Below, piece after piece: positions 39,709 to 53,165 of a stretch of 64,000 nt of DNA. Within the stretch, counting starts at the first letter, position 1. Every line of letters starts with the position of its first letter. The stretch lies in assembly GCF_009914755.1 (NCBI RefSeq), contig NC_060926.1, one strand, 5' to 3'. This DNA comes from the human T2T-CHM13v2.0 reference genome, Homo sapiens. The notes beneath the pieces are model-generated. The model was given only the letters and a program-made list of their open reading frames with translations. It did no database searches and had not been told where the DNA came from. The position numbers were made by a program, and so were the translations under genes.

Positions 39709-40299
39709 GAGATGTTTAAAGAAGATGGCACAGGAGCAGTGACCTTGTCAGTGCTCCGCTTCTCTTAGTCTCTGCTTATGTTCTATGCCTGGTTTTCCAG
39801 TCTTTCCATTTCCACTTCTGGTTAATGTCAATAGAAGTGTTTCATTTCTCCCATTTGCCTTTAAGAGCCCTAATTCAGACAGGGTAACCAGCCAATATAT
39901 CCTCCACATTTAAAAAAAATTACATTTGTAAAATGCACAATATTTCTCTAAGGCTTTAAACATATTGTATTATTATATACCACTATCTATTCTTTACCTT
40001 AAAAAGTATGAGCGGAAATTTATGGTAATTTTTTAATCTCAGGAATGAAAAAACACGCTATCATGTAGGTCAAGAGGCCTGAGTAAATTCACATCATAAA
40101 ACCACCTAGTTTAGAATATAAAAAGTTTACTTTTGCATATGTTTTGGAGAGATAGTGACCATTAAAATAAACAATTAAAAACTGATCTTTTTAAAAGTCA
40201 ATGCTTTTTATCATAGGAAATTTGGTAAAGTTTGTGGTTGCAAAGGACACTATTGAATGAAATGTTTATTTCCTGCAGGACCATGAAGTTAGGAAAAAC

Positions 40300-40740
40300 C
40301 AAAAAAATAGCAGTTGGAGTCCATTGGAATTATCCTCCCTAAGTGTGAAAATTCCACAGCCATGTGAGATTCAACAAGTAACAGGGATTAATGTAGGTGA
40401 ATAAGGAGTAAATTGCTATAACTATTCTTTTTCTGTACAATTACTGATGGTAATTTCTATACAATTACAATTACTGCTGACTTGGATATCAGCAGCCAAT
40501 ATTAAACTTCCTTAGGGATCTTAGTCAACACCGTGATATGACCATCAACATCACAGCACTAAGACTTCCTTCATGAACACAATTATGTATAATACAATCT
40601 AGAATACAAGAGGTGCTCTCGTGTCTTACCCAGAAAGGCAAATCATAATTTAAAAGCCATCTAGATGAACTAGACTAGAGCTCATTCAGGAGAGAGCCCA
40701 GGGAGTTGGAGGGGCCCCCAGAAGAATGTCACATAAAAAG
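40300..40740 (+). mobile_element. CR1/L3 LINE fragment
   Basis: 'ttagggatcttagtcaac' and 'aactagactagagctcattcaggagagagc' resemble the CR1 RT C-terminal region. Confidence 0.55.
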
Positions 40741-40996
40741 GAGGTGACTCTCCTCCCTTATTTTTTCCCCTCTTTATTCCTGCTATTGTCAACATAGGGA
40801 ACATATACTACAAGGTGTATTGTGCTAGGCTCAGGTAATACATTGATGAAGAAGACACGGTTCTCAAACTGAAGCAGGGGTCAGCAAACTTTTCTATAAA
40901 GGTCCAGATTGGAAATATTTTAGGCCTCATGATCCATATGGTCTCTGTCCCAACTACTAAACTCTGTTGTGCCAAAACGGTCACAGATGATATATA

Positions 40997-43745
40997 CAGA
41001 CATACCTTAGACAGATTGTGGGTTCAGTTCCTGACCACCACAATATAGCAATTATCACAATAAAGTGACTATCAGAATAAAGTGAGTCACAAAATTTTTC
41101 TGGTTTCTCAGTGCATACAAAAGTTTTGCCTACACTATATCATCGTCCATAAAGTGTGCAATAACATTATGTCTGAGAAAACAACATACATATCTAAATT
41201 TAAAAAGGTTTATTGGTAAAAAATGCCAATGATCATCTGAGCCTTCAGTGGGTCATAATCTTTTTTTTCATAATCTCTTTCTCTTTTGCCTCAATGTTGA
41301 CGGCTGCTAACTGATCAGGGTGGTAGTTCCTGAAGGTTGAAATTTGCAGTGGCTGCGGCAATTTCTTAACAAAATACAAAAATGAAGTTTGAGGCATTCA
41401 TTAACTCATCCTTTCACAAAAGATTTCTCTGTAGCATGCAATAGTGTTTAAATAGGAATTTATCCTCAATAGGACTTCCTTCAAAATTGGAGTCGATTCC
41501 CTCAAATCCTGCCACGGCTTTATTAGCTAAGTTTACATATATTCTAAATCCTTTGGTATCATTTCAGCAATGTTTATAGTATCTTTACCAGGAGTAGATT
41601 TTATCTCAATAAACCACTTTCTTTGCCTCATCCATTCAATACTAATGATGAGATTGCAGCAATTCAGTCACATTTTCAGGCTCCACTTCTAATTGTAGTT
41701 CTCTTACTATTTCCGGCACACCTGCAGTTACTTTCTCCACTGAAGTATTGAAGCCCTCAAAGTCATACATGAGAGTTGAAATCAACTTTTTCCAAACTCC
41801 TATCAGTGTTGATATTTTGATCTCCTCCAAGGAATCATGAATGTTCTTAATGGCATCTAAAATGGTAAATCTTTTCCAGAAGGCTTTTAATTGACTTTGT
41901 CCATATCCATGAAAAGAATCCATATAAAATCCATATAAAATGTGTTTCTTAAATAATAAGATTTAAAAGTCAAAATAACTCTGATCCATGGACTGTAGAA
42001 TTAACATTTTGTTAGCAAACATGAAAACAACATTAATCTCCTTGTACATCTTTTTCAAACCTCTTGGGTGACAAGGTGCATTGTCAATGAGTGTTAATAT
42101 TTTGGAAAAAAATGTTTTCTGAGCAGTAGGTCTCAAGAGGGGGCTTAAAATATTAATTATACTATACAATGAACAGATGTGTTGTCATCCAGGCTTTGTT
42201 ATTCCAAAGAGTGGATTCTTTATTTTTAAAAATCCTAGGATTTTTGAAAATAGCAAATGAGCTTTGATTTCAACTTAAAGCCACCAGCTTCATTAGCTCC
42301 TGAACAGAGAGTCAGCCTTTCCTGTGAAGCTTTGAAGCCAGACATTGACTTCTTTTCTCTAGCTATGAAAGTCCTAGATGGCAACTTCTTCTAATAGAAG
42401 GCTACTTTGTCTAGATTGAAAATCTGCTCTTTAATGTAGCTACCTTTATCAATGATTTCAGCTAAATCTTCTGGATAATTAGTTGCAGCTTCCACATCCG
42501 AACTTGCTTCACCTTGCACTCTTATGTTACAGAGATAGCTTCTTTCCTTAAACCTCATAAACTAACCTCTGCTAGTTTTAAACTTTTCTTCTGCAGCTTC
42601 CTTACATCTCTCAGCCTTCATAGAACTGATGATATTTAGGGCTTTGATCTGGATTAGGCTTTGGCTTAAGGGAATGTTGTGGTTAGTTTTGTCTTCTATC
42701 CAGACCACTAAAACTTTCTCCCTATCAGCAATATGGCTGTTTAACTTTCTTATCATTTGTGTGTTCAGTGGAGTAGCACCTTTAATTTCCCTCAATAACT
42801 GGTTTTTTGCATTCACAATGTTACTAACAATTTTACTCACAATTCTTACACATAAATTTTAGTCATAATTTTATATGTCATCAAATATTATTTTTCATTT
42901 TAAAAAATCATTTATAAAAGTAAATGATTTGGCACAAGAGGTCTCACTTTTGGCCTATCTCAGTTTTTGACATGGCTTTCTCACTAGGTTTAATCATTTC
43001 TAGCTTTTGATTTAAAGTGAGAGATGTGTGGCTATTCTTTTTACTTGAACACTTAGAAGCCATTGTAAGGTTATTAATTGGCCTAATTTCAATATTGTTG
43101 TGTCTTAGGAAATAGGGAGGCCTGAGGCAAGCAAGAGAGATAGGAGAGCAGCTGGTGGCTGGAGCAGTCAGAACACACGCATTTATCTATCAAGTTTGCT
43201 GTCTTACACGGGCATGATTCTTGGTGCCACAAACAATTACAATAGTAACGTTGAAAGGCTGGCGCGGTGCCTCACTCCTGTAATCCCAGCTCTTTGGGAG
43301 GCTGAGGCAGATGGGTGGCTTGAGCTCAGCAGTTTGAAACCAGCCTAGACAACATAGTGAGATCCTGTCTCTGCAAAAAATTCAAAAATTAGCCATGTGT
43401 GGTGGTGTGTGCCTGGAGTCCCAGCTACTCAGGAGGCTGAGGTGGGATAATCACTTCAGCCCAGGAGACGGAAGTTGCAGAAAATGACACACTCTGTAAA
43501 TTGTGCCAGTGCCATCCAGCCTGGCCATAGAGCCAAACCCTATAAGAGATATAACAATAAGTAAAAGTTTGAGATATTGTGAGAATTACCAATATATGAC
43601 AGAGATACAAAGTGAGCAACATGGTGTGGGAAAAATGGCACTGATGGACTTGCTTGACACAGGGTTGTTATAAATCTTTGATTTATAAAAAAATACAATA
43701 TCTGCAATGCATGGTAAGTGAACTACATTAAAAGAGGTATGCCTA
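40997..43745 (-). mobile_element. Tigger1 (pogo/TcMar) DNA transposon, near full length, with a decayed transposase
   Basis: TIRs cagacatacct / aggtatgccta flanked by TA. Minus-strand ORF fragments 42562-42840 (VNAKNQLLREIKGATPLNTQMIRK...VLVVWIED...NIPLSQSLIQ, CENP-B-type HTH), 41963-42169 ([12 protein letters not shown] region) and 41642-41923 ([20 protein letters not shown]). Multiple stops and deletions. Confidence 0.95.
43257..43541 (+). mobile_element. AluJ inserted in Tigger1, lacking an A-tail
   Basis: 'ggctggcgcggtgcctcactcctgtaatcccagc...cagcctggccatagagccaaaccc', then directly Tigger1 sequence. Confidence 0.9.
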
Positions 43746-44499
43746 TAAAGGAATGGGTGTGGCAGTGTTCCAACTCTGAAATTTGAATTTTATGTAATTT
43801 TCGTATGTCATCAAGTATTCTTTTTGATTTTTTCCATTATTTATAAAAGTAAAAGCCATCTTAAATTCTCATGCCAAATAAAAAACAGACAGCAGAGCAT
43901 CTGTGAAGGGTCTTAGAGTCTAGTGATGTATACAGATAGGTAAACAACCACGATACTGTGTGAACAGGGTCAGAGTGCTGGGTGTTATGAAAGTGTACGT
44001 GAACAAGAATTATCAGAGGATTCTTTGTAGCCATGTAGTGAAAGTTAAAGGACGGGTTTTCAAATTATGCCAAGAAGCTACTCCATATTTCAGTCAGTAT
44101 TAATAGCTCATTGTTCCCATTTTTTCAGCCAGAAAATGTATCCTGTTATTCTCTGAATTCCAGGGGTTGTGAGAGAGGGGAAAAAGGTGCTGCAGTTTTT
44201 TATATGTGCCTGTACTGGTGGTGAGTGGACCTAGATTACAAGTAATTATAAAAATTTTTTCAGTTAATATTATTTAGTAGTCAGGATCATTCTTTTGTGA
44301 TACTTAAGTTCTGCCATTCTACTATTTCCCTTTTCATGTATTATCTTTGCTCTACCAGAGGTAAATAATGGATACACTCTAAGGGATGGTTCTATGTTAA
44401 CAAAAAGAAAATGGAATATGTATTTGCTAAAAGTTTTGTTTTCAAACTAGCAGCAGAGCCAAACAATCCGAAAAGAACTTTCGGCTGAGGGTACCGTCA

Positions 44500-44647
44500 T
44501 TGCCATGGCTTTATGGGTGTGTGACTGGTGCCCACACTCAGGAGGATCCCACTCTGCTGTCACCATCTTGGTATTCTTAATAATTTTTAAAAGAATTTTA
44601 TGTTATCAACTGGCGTTGAGCCCAGCAAATTATGTAGCTGGTTCTGG
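44500..44647. mobile_element. MER91A-like hAT-Tip100 element
   Basis: 'ctctgctgtcaccatcttggtattcttaataattttt...gcaaattatgtagctggttctg'. Confidence 0.7.
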
Positions 44648-45159
44648 AAACAAATGACAAGTGAACTTGTTCTTGTCTGAATAAGAGTACTGTGCCCTGA
44701 TGGGCCCATTCAAGGACGAACATACAAAGGGAATCACCTTGGTGAACAAGCCACAGTTTGCATTCCTCCAAACCACTTAGCCATTCTCAGCTTAGGCAGC
44801 TTCTTTGAGATTCTCCCTAACTCAGTTATGAACAAAAACTCTGCATTATACTTTATATCCTACACTCTCCATAGCAACATGAAATCCATGTAATCATCTA
44901 TTAAAAATATTTGGTGAATGCCCAACATTTGTAAAATGCCTGTATTTGCCAGGTGCTATTTTTTTTTTGCCATTTTGCACAGAAGATAATAACTTTTAAT
45001 TGATTCCAATTGAATTGATTTGTGTGTCTTGCTAAAATACACAAATGACACATTAAAAAGTCAATACTAGAGGAAGAGGAAAGAGGGATTTAAATGAATT
45101 GAAATAGAAAGATGGAAAGGGAAAATGAGGAAAGAAAAATAACAAAAAAGAGGAAGCTT

Positions 45160-45216
45160 GGATAGATGGATGGATGGATGGATGGATGGATGGATGGATA
45201 GATAGATAGATGGATA
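45160..45216. repeat. Compound (GGAT)n/(AGAT)n tetranucleotide microsatellite
   Basis: Read directly. Confidence 0.95.
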
Positions 45217-46034
45217 AAATATAGCCCAGAGTCTTGGCTACTCTGAAACATGAGAGATAGATGGATGCATCTGGCATGACTCAATTCCTGGCAGCACTTC
45301 TTTTTTTGTAAAAAAATAATTAGGCAGATAGTGAAAAGTCACAGAAAATGACAAACTCTGTAAATAACCTCAGCAGCCACAAACAAGAGACAGTGCTGAA
45401 ATAAGTAAATGGAGGACAGCTGGTCATGATTTGGTGTTAATAAGGGCCCACATCAGTGAATATGCCAGATTTTTTCAACTGAAGTCAGGCATACAGAGGA
45501 CAATCATCCTTAGTATTAAGGAAATAAAATACTGATTTTTTATTTTTTTAGTTTAAAGAAACCTTTTATATCATGTATTCATTTTCAAATTTAAGGAACA
45601 GAAAGAGAAAAGTCATCACATATAGGAACCCCTAAATTTCTAATCCCAGTTTTAATCTTTATATACTATAATGTAAATGTTCTAGCCTTAAACAGCCTGT
45701 GAATACAAAAATGTATATTGTATTCAAAAATTGTTGTTTTCAAAAATTCTAAGCTTCCATCTTTTTGAAGATAGAGTCCTGTTCCTATCCCCAAGTTACT
45801 TGTTTATAATGCCCAAAATCTTTGTAAGCAGGTGCATCAGTTCTATCATCCCTGTCTGCATAAGTTAAGCATGCTAGTTGCTGAAGATTTTTGCTGCTAT
45901 TACTGGAGGCTCAGTACTAGCTGTTAAGGTGCACATTGCAGCGGCATTGTACACCTCAGAGTTACTGCTTCCTGAAATTAAGCACAACTGAAATTTTAGA
46001 ATGAGTCTGAAACTTTAATCTGCATTTGTCTCAT

Positions 46035-46390
46035 ACAGAGATTCTGCTAAACATAGATTCTGACTCAGCTGTTTTGGGGTGGGGCTTGAGATTTTTCCCT
46101 CTTAATAACCTCTCAATGTGATGCTGCCAGTCCATGGACCACACAGTGAATGTCAAGGTATCAGAGCGCTGTTTCTCAAAATGTGGTCTTTGTACTGCTC
46201 GGCATTTAATCACCACAGATGTTTATTTGTTTCTGTTTTTTTTTGTTTGTTTGTTTTTTACTGTAGACTTTTGTGCCTCTGTTTGTATTGAATTAGTATT
46301 TCTGGGACTAAGAACCCAGAAATCTGCATTTTTGGCAAGCTTCTTTGGACAATTCCTGTGTAACCAGCGGCGTGGTGTGTGGACACTATG
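46035..46390. mobile_element. Two adjacent MER5-type hAT fragments
   Basis: 'agattctgactcagctg..ggggtggggcttgaga', 'gtttctcaaaatgtggtc', 'acccagaaatctgcattttt'. Confidence 0.7.
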
Positions 46391-47674
46391 GCTTTGACAC
46401 CCAAGCAGTTATTTATTAAACTATAAAGAAAATTTCCTTCTTTATATCTTTATTAAATGGGCAGTATGGGAGAGTCCCCAGGGCCAGATAACTTGGACTG
46501 TTTTACTATCAGAATTTGGAACTCCTTACAAATACAGTTTTTTTTTTCCTTCTGCCTAGGGACAAATATGTCATCTGTGGGACTGTATTCTCAAGATCAC
46601 AACAAACCTTATTCAGAAGTGCCAGGCTCCTGAATACCTTGGTCTAACTTAACCTAGTTTTCTTGGTCGTTTTTCATTTGTTATTTTTTTATTCTGGTCT
46701 TTTCACTTTGATTACAGATTATCTGAAAGGCTCTATTTTTCCTTTTTACGTTCTGGCCTCCATCACACCTTCTTGTCCCCATCCTTTAGAACTGAACCTC
46801 CAATAGTGGACAGGATTTGTGTCTTTGTCTCCAAGAGGGACCTAAATTCTATTTAATCTGGTCAATACAAATAAATACTTAAATGGCTTGGATGTCACCT
46901 GACTCTGCCTTCCAGACATATTTGTGCCACTTTCAGGTCAAGTTCAGCTGTTTCCAAGCATTATTTGCCCAGCAGAAATCTTCAATAACTGCTCTGCCTG
47001 GCAGATGACACCATGGGCCAGATTGAGCCATCAATAGTGGTCAGAATTACCCCATATATTTTGATGTTCCATTAACCAGGATAGACATCCCAGGGTATTT
47101 CTTGTGCCTGAGGAGCATTGCCCTTGTTATTGAAAATAAAGCCTCTACTCCTTACAGTGTTACAGAATAAGTAAACACCAGAGCTCAGTCACATCCCAGT
47201 TACATTGAGGATGGCACCCTGATTTTAAAAATGAGAAACATCTCAAGTAGGAAGAGGGCATAGTAACTTGAATAATATCAATTTTTAATGATGTGCTAGG
47301 ACCTAAATCCAAGACTCTTGAAAAACAAGAGCTTTTCAAAAACTTTGTGGAGTTATCAGTGGAAAAAGAAGGTTTTTTTTAAATACCAAATACCAACACA
47401 TATTTTAATTACCCATATACCAAGTTTCTTTGTCCCATTTGCTCTGTCTTCCATACCACCAATGTCCTCCAGATACCTTTATATTATATACCCAAAGCCT
47501 GATGATATCAGAACTCACATGAGTTCACTGAGCCCTTTGATAGCACTGCCAACAGCAATTCTTCTTGCTCTCCCTATCTTTATTGTTTTGCCTAGCATGT
47601 CTAAACTTGACAGCACTCATATTAGCATTATTTTAAACATGACCACATACTGATTTAAAATTGAGATTTGACTA

Positions 47675-47795
47675 TTATGCATTCAACAAATATTTATGAG
47701 GTGTCTTCTGTTTGTTTCTTTATTAGGCACTGGGAATACTGCAGTGAACAAGCCAGATAAGTCTTTGGTTTTCCTAGACTGAACCTTCTAATTGA
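47675..47795 (-). mobile_element. L2 3' end
   Basis: 'attcaacaaatattta...taggcactgggaatactgcagtgaacaa'. Confidence 0.75.
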
Positions 47796-48377
47796 TTTCA
47801 TTTTCAATTATACAAAAACACTAACCAGGCTAGGTAAAGTAGGTCCTGTCACCTGAACAAATATCTTCACAAGGGATGGGTCAAATATCTTTGGAACTAA
47901 ACTGTTCTAGAAAGAAACTAACTCTAGAAAACAGAAAACAGGTAAAGATACAAGTAAGAAATACAGATAAAGGCAATGAAATAAAGACAAAATACTAGGC
48001 CACAGAAGTGAGACTCATTTCAGAGCAAAGATATTACTATGAATGTTATTTGTTGTGGTATCACAGAGTATTGAGATTAGAACTCTATTTTCTGTTGATT
48101 GTGTCAGATTAAGAACTGGTCTGGAAGCCTGAGTTGGGAGCCGGTTGATGAAAGCTATTTGCATTAGCTGGCACTTAGGAAACAATGTTGACTAACTGCA
48201 GAGAAAACAGGCATCTATCTTTCTTTTTTCCCCTTAATTAGGAATATCCTAAAGCAGCTCGCATTTTTAAAGTATGATGCCAACTACTCTGTTGAGATTA
48301 ATAAGCCTTAGCATGTTTTAAAAAATGTCCTTTGGATAATAGCTTACTAAACACATTTTTTTTAAAATGAGAAATCA

Positions 48378-48378
48378 A

Positions 48379-48433
<55 letters not shown>

Positions 48434-48436
48434 CAA
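48378..48436. repeat. Compound (TC)n(AC)n microsatellite
   Basis: Read directly. Confidence 0.97.
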
Positions 48437-48852
48437 ATTAAATGCGCTTTTAGGGACATCTATCGAGATAATCATACATCCTATTGTATTATACCCTATA
48501 TCGTAAATAAACCATATTTGGGCATGATGTCATTATACCACAGGGCTGGGTTATGTTAGTCCATGTTTTATTTACATTTTGACAACTGTATTTATAAATA
48601 AGTTTGGTTTATAATTTTATTGGTTTTTTTTTTTTGCAGTCTCAATACAACTCCCCACTAAAATCTCAGTTCATTGCACAGTTTGGGGGACAGTTTGTCA
48701 ACTTTTTATTAAAATGCTTAACAGGGGTACAATATCTTTTAGGTTTTCCATGTTTTATTAAGTGAATTTTGGTAATTTTATATATTTTTTAAAAATTAGC
48801 TCTGAAATGGTAAATTTATTTGTAGAATTGTAAAGAGTGCTTTGGTAAATGC

Positions 48853-49260
48853 TGTGACAAGCTGCCCTGATCACCCTTCAGGTGGGAGGGACTGAGGGTA
48901 CGGCCAGCAGCAGTGCTCAGCTCTCAGCCCTCTTGGTCTTGGCTAAGGAGAGCTGTTTCACCCACAGGTGTGCCCTCTCCTTAGGGTGAGTATGTCCAGT
49001 GCCCTGTCAATGTGGAAAGGGAGTGAAGGCCCAGTGCTTTCCCCGCAACGACCAAGAAATCTGGGAGCCTGTCCCTGCTTCAGAATACCCTATAGGGCAA
49101 TCACGGGCTTTCGTGGTGACTACATTAGAGCTCCACATCTTTCTCTGTCAAATCTTGCTTTTTTCCTTTCTCTTCCATGGTTATTGATCCCAACAGCACT
49201 CCTTCATGATGTTCCTATGCGCTCATCTCCATCTCAGCATCAAAAGCCCAACCTTCAACA
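48853..49260 (+). mobile_element. LTR16A-like ERVL LTR
   Basis: 'ctcagccctcttg', 'tgggagcctgtccctg..cagaa', 'ttattgatcccaacagcactcc', 'ctccatctcag...cccaacct'. Confidence 0.7.
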
Positions 49261-49406
49261 GGACTATATTCTAATTTTAAAAAATTCTCCATACTGGTCC
49301 TTATTAATACACTTTTCTATGATATTTTATCTCTTAATTTACTTTTACAGCCTTATTAAAATAGTTAAGTTGACTCAACTGTTAAGTTTACTAGATTACT
49401 TACTAC

Positions 49407-49698
49407 TTTTTTTTTTTCGAAGCAGTCTCGCTCTATCACCCAGGCTGGAGTGCATTGGTGCGATCTCGGCTCACTGCGAGCTCCGCCTCCCAGGTTCAAG
49501 CGATTCTCCTGCCTTAGCCTCCTGAGTAGCTAGGACTGCAGGCGTGCACCACCACGCCAAGCTAATTTTTTGTAGTTTTAGTGGAGACAGGATTTCACCT
49601 TGTTAGCCAGGATGGTCTTGAATTCCTGACCTGAAGCAATCCTCCTGCCTCAGCCTCCCAAACTGCTGGGATTACAGGCGTGAACCACTGCGACAGCC
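49407..49698 (-). mobile_element. AluS
   Basis: Full antisense Alu with a poly(T) head. Confidence 0.95.
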
Positions 49699-51499
49699 AC
49701 TACAGCCACTTTTAAACCATGACTTCTGCATTTTCAAATGCTTTACATTGATTTCTTTCTAGAGATGTATGTTTATCTGTTCTTTTGTTTTTATGAGTAT
49801 CACTAACCATTGCCTCATGGCAGCCTCTTGAGATATCACAGTATACTTTGTGTTCACTATCTTGTGGATTACCAGAACATCATTTAATTTCCAATCATTT
49901 ATTAAGGCTCAAGGGCTCTGGAGACTAATAAACTAGATTGGAATGAACAGATTCTTCTAGCCAGGCCAGACCATTTTTACCCCATGCAGGGTGCATACAC
50001 AGAACAGGTTTGCTTTTGTTAGGATTGGTTCAGGGTGGATTTTTTCTTGTCCTGGATCGTCAAAAGGCTGTTATGAAACCCCAGGGAAATACTTTATAGA
50101 GGCCTTCATCCTAAGAAGGGATGGTAAAAATCTATGGGGTAGCAGTGGTGGCAGTGGTGGCTCAGATGACATGGGTGGCTCTGCCAGAGTTAGATGGATC
50201 TCTTAGGACTGTGTTGTTTTCTTTAGAGCTCAGTCCTCACTGATCAGGAAGCTTGATGGGGGAGAACAGTGTGCTTACCAGAGAGAGGAGGACAGATCAA
50301 GAGAGAGAGCTCTAAGAAAAATGTTCAATGTCTACTCATCATGAAGTAGCAGAAGAGGCACCCACTTGCATCTTAGGGTCCTTATTAGGAACCCTAATAG
50401 GAGACCCAGGGTTTCTTTTATTTATTATAATCTTGAAGAGTAGACTGCATCTGATACTTAGCTGCCTCACTAAGGTAACTCATTTTCTCCTTTTGCTGCA
50501 CGGCTAAGGTGAATCTTGAAGGGCCAGAAGAAGACGTGTATGGATTCAGGAACATTGTTGGTTGATCATGTCCTGGTTTCTGAGAGGCAGTGTTTCAAGC
50601 CAAATCTTTCCTGAGGAGTTAGTCCTCTGAACAGAAAAGAGGCTAGCTCGTTGGAGGGCCTCATGTGCTTTAGAGATGAAAGATGAACATTTGTAGTTGA
50701 TTAATAATGCAATGCAGCACGAGGTAAGTGCCAAATAAGGGAAATGGATGAGTATTAAAGGAGTTCATAGAAATTTAAAACTGTTTGTTGATTTAAATTG
50801 CATGTAGACAAGTAGCAAGAGGGCTTACATCTAGCAGTTACTTTCCTATTAACCTTGCCTGTGGAGTAGCCAAGTACCTAATACTGTTCCCATGTTACCT
50901 CATCACCTCTGCCTAATCTCATTATTTCTTTCTTCAGCATATCATAATTGGTGGTTTTTGAAGACCAGCTTATTCAAATGTTTTTTTTCTTTAATAATAA
51001 AGACAACAATTGTCATTGCTATTTCTATAATCTTGGCCTATCACTAACTTTTCCTCTTGTAGTTATGACAAAGGAATCTCAGTAATCAACACAGTCTTTT
51101 CTAAGAGAGAACTAAAAGCTAACATCAGGCAAGTTTCATATTAGTTTTCTGCATTTTAGTTTTCTTTTTTTGATAATGAGATAATAAGCTTATAGAATTT
51201 TTGTGAGACTTAAATGAGAGAAAACATATTGAATTATTCTGTACAAGAGTTTAGTAATAGCTGAATCTGATTTTAGTTAAGGTAGTTAGTAAAAACCATC
51301 AAATATGCACATTGAATGAAATATTATTTTTCTTCCTGTATGTGAAGCGTTTGGCACATACTAAAGAATGTCTAATCCTTTTCCTCTCTCACACCTCATG
51401 TGAGCTGGATCTCATTTATGCTAACCTACTATTGTTGTATGATATGTCATTTAAGGATACTAACTAATGAACTTATATTTTGCTCTACAGTTTTAGGTG

Positions 51500-51655
51500 C
51501 TCTTTATGCTTTAATCAATATGCTGTGCAACTAAAACCATTCTGAGAATATAATGCCACTACCATTTTACAGATAAGGCAAATAAGACTCAGAAAAGTTA
51601 AGTGACTTTTCCAAGGTCACACAGTAAGAAAGTAGAAAAGTTGAGATGAAACTGC
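51500..51655 (-). mobile_element. MIR SINE
   Basis: 'ccattttacagataagg...agttaagtgacttttccaaggtcacacag'. Confidence 0.85.
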
Positions 51656-51861
51656 TCTGGTTGTTTAGTAACAGCCCCATTCAATTTTCATAATGACCAC
51701 TGCTTCACCCCTGCAATGTCTGATGCAACTATAAAGGTGGTATTAGAAAAGAACCCAAACGAACCCTCATTTTGATATCATTCTTACTTAAGGGCTAGTT
51801 CAAAATGTCACAGAACTTCTAGCCTCTAGGACTCCAGGATCTTAATATTAGAAGACGCATA

Positions 51862-52212
<351 letters not shown>

Positions 52213-52384
52213 TCATCTGTCCTGAATGGGCAATGAGAGGGGATATATTTGGGAACAGGAACTTTTGGCTTCGGGTAGATGCTCTAAGACCAGGAAGGAA
52301 GTCTCCCTTTTAGGGTAAAGAACGGCACAAACCCAAGGTATGGTAAATGAGCAAAGATACCTCAGTGCCCAGAGAAAGGGGGAC

Positions 52385-53165
52385 AAAGGAGGTGGATAAG
52401 ACATACTTCTTATGGAAAACTATAAAGGGGTCCTGCCAAAAAAAAAATAGAACCTTAATCTGATCCTGCTTCTAGATCTAACTACCAGTTTATACAAAAT
52501 AAGGGAGACAGACTGTATTAGTCTATTCTCACACTGCTATGAATAAATACCTGAGACTGGGTAATTTATAAAGGAAAGAGGTTTATTTGACTCACAGTTC
52601 CACAGGGCTGAGGAGGCCTCAGGAAACTTACAATCATGGTGAAAGGGGAAGCAAACACATCCTTCTTCACATGGCAGCAGGAAGGAGAAGAATGAGAGCT
52701 GAGTGAAGGGGGAAGCCCCTTATAAAATCATCAGATCTCGTGAGAACTCACTATCACAAATAGCCTGAATAGCATGGGAGAAACTGCCCCCGTGATGCAA
52801 TTATCTCCATCTGGCCTTGCTGTTGACACATGGGGTTTATTACAATTCAAGGTGAGATTTGAGTGGGGACACAGAGCCAAAACATATCACAGAGGAAAAT
52901 ATTTTAAAATAACATGAAGTTGTGAGCAACAAAATCCAGCATATGAAAATCTTGATAAGGACATATGAACCTGGCTTTCTCAGCAAATAAATTGCTAGGA
53001 AACAAAAGAGAGGGGAAGCTTATAGATTAGCTTGAGAGGCAAAGCAAGCAATGCAATGCAGGAGCTTTATTTAGATTTATATCAAATTGTCCAAATACAA
53101 GCAACACACTTACGAAGAAACGAGGAAAACTGAAAATTGACTTTTTAATAAGATGAAGAACTTAT
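52385..53165 (+). mobile_element. Old L1ME/MC 3' fragment interrupted by THE1
   Basis: 'tcctgccaaaaa..aaccttaatctgatc..ctagatctaactaccagttta', continuing after THE1. Confidence 0.6.
52514..52889 (-). mobile_element. THE1D-type MaLR solo LTR
   Basis: 'tgtattagtctattctcacactgct...ggggacacagagccaaaacatatca'; TSD cagac / cagag. Confidence 0.95.

Larger units (their letters stand above)
40875..43895. mobile_element. MER58 (B-type) hAT-Charlie element split by Tigger1 (pieces 40875-40996 and 43746-about 43895)
   Basis: 'caggggtcagcaaacttttctataaaggtccagat...ggtctctgtcccaactact'; resumes after Tigger1 as 'aaggaatgggtgtggcagtgttccaa'. Confidence 0.85.

Noticed and set aside
41642-42840. Transposase ORFs as a domesticated TIGD-type gene
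   Set aside because: They are split across frames with stops, deletions and an insertion, inside intact TIRs. This is an ordinary decayed Tigger1.
48968-49525. Longest ORF in the track (185 aa)
   Set aside because: GTG start; it runs through an LTR16-like element into an antisense Alu ([17 protein letters not shown]) and has no recognisable domain.
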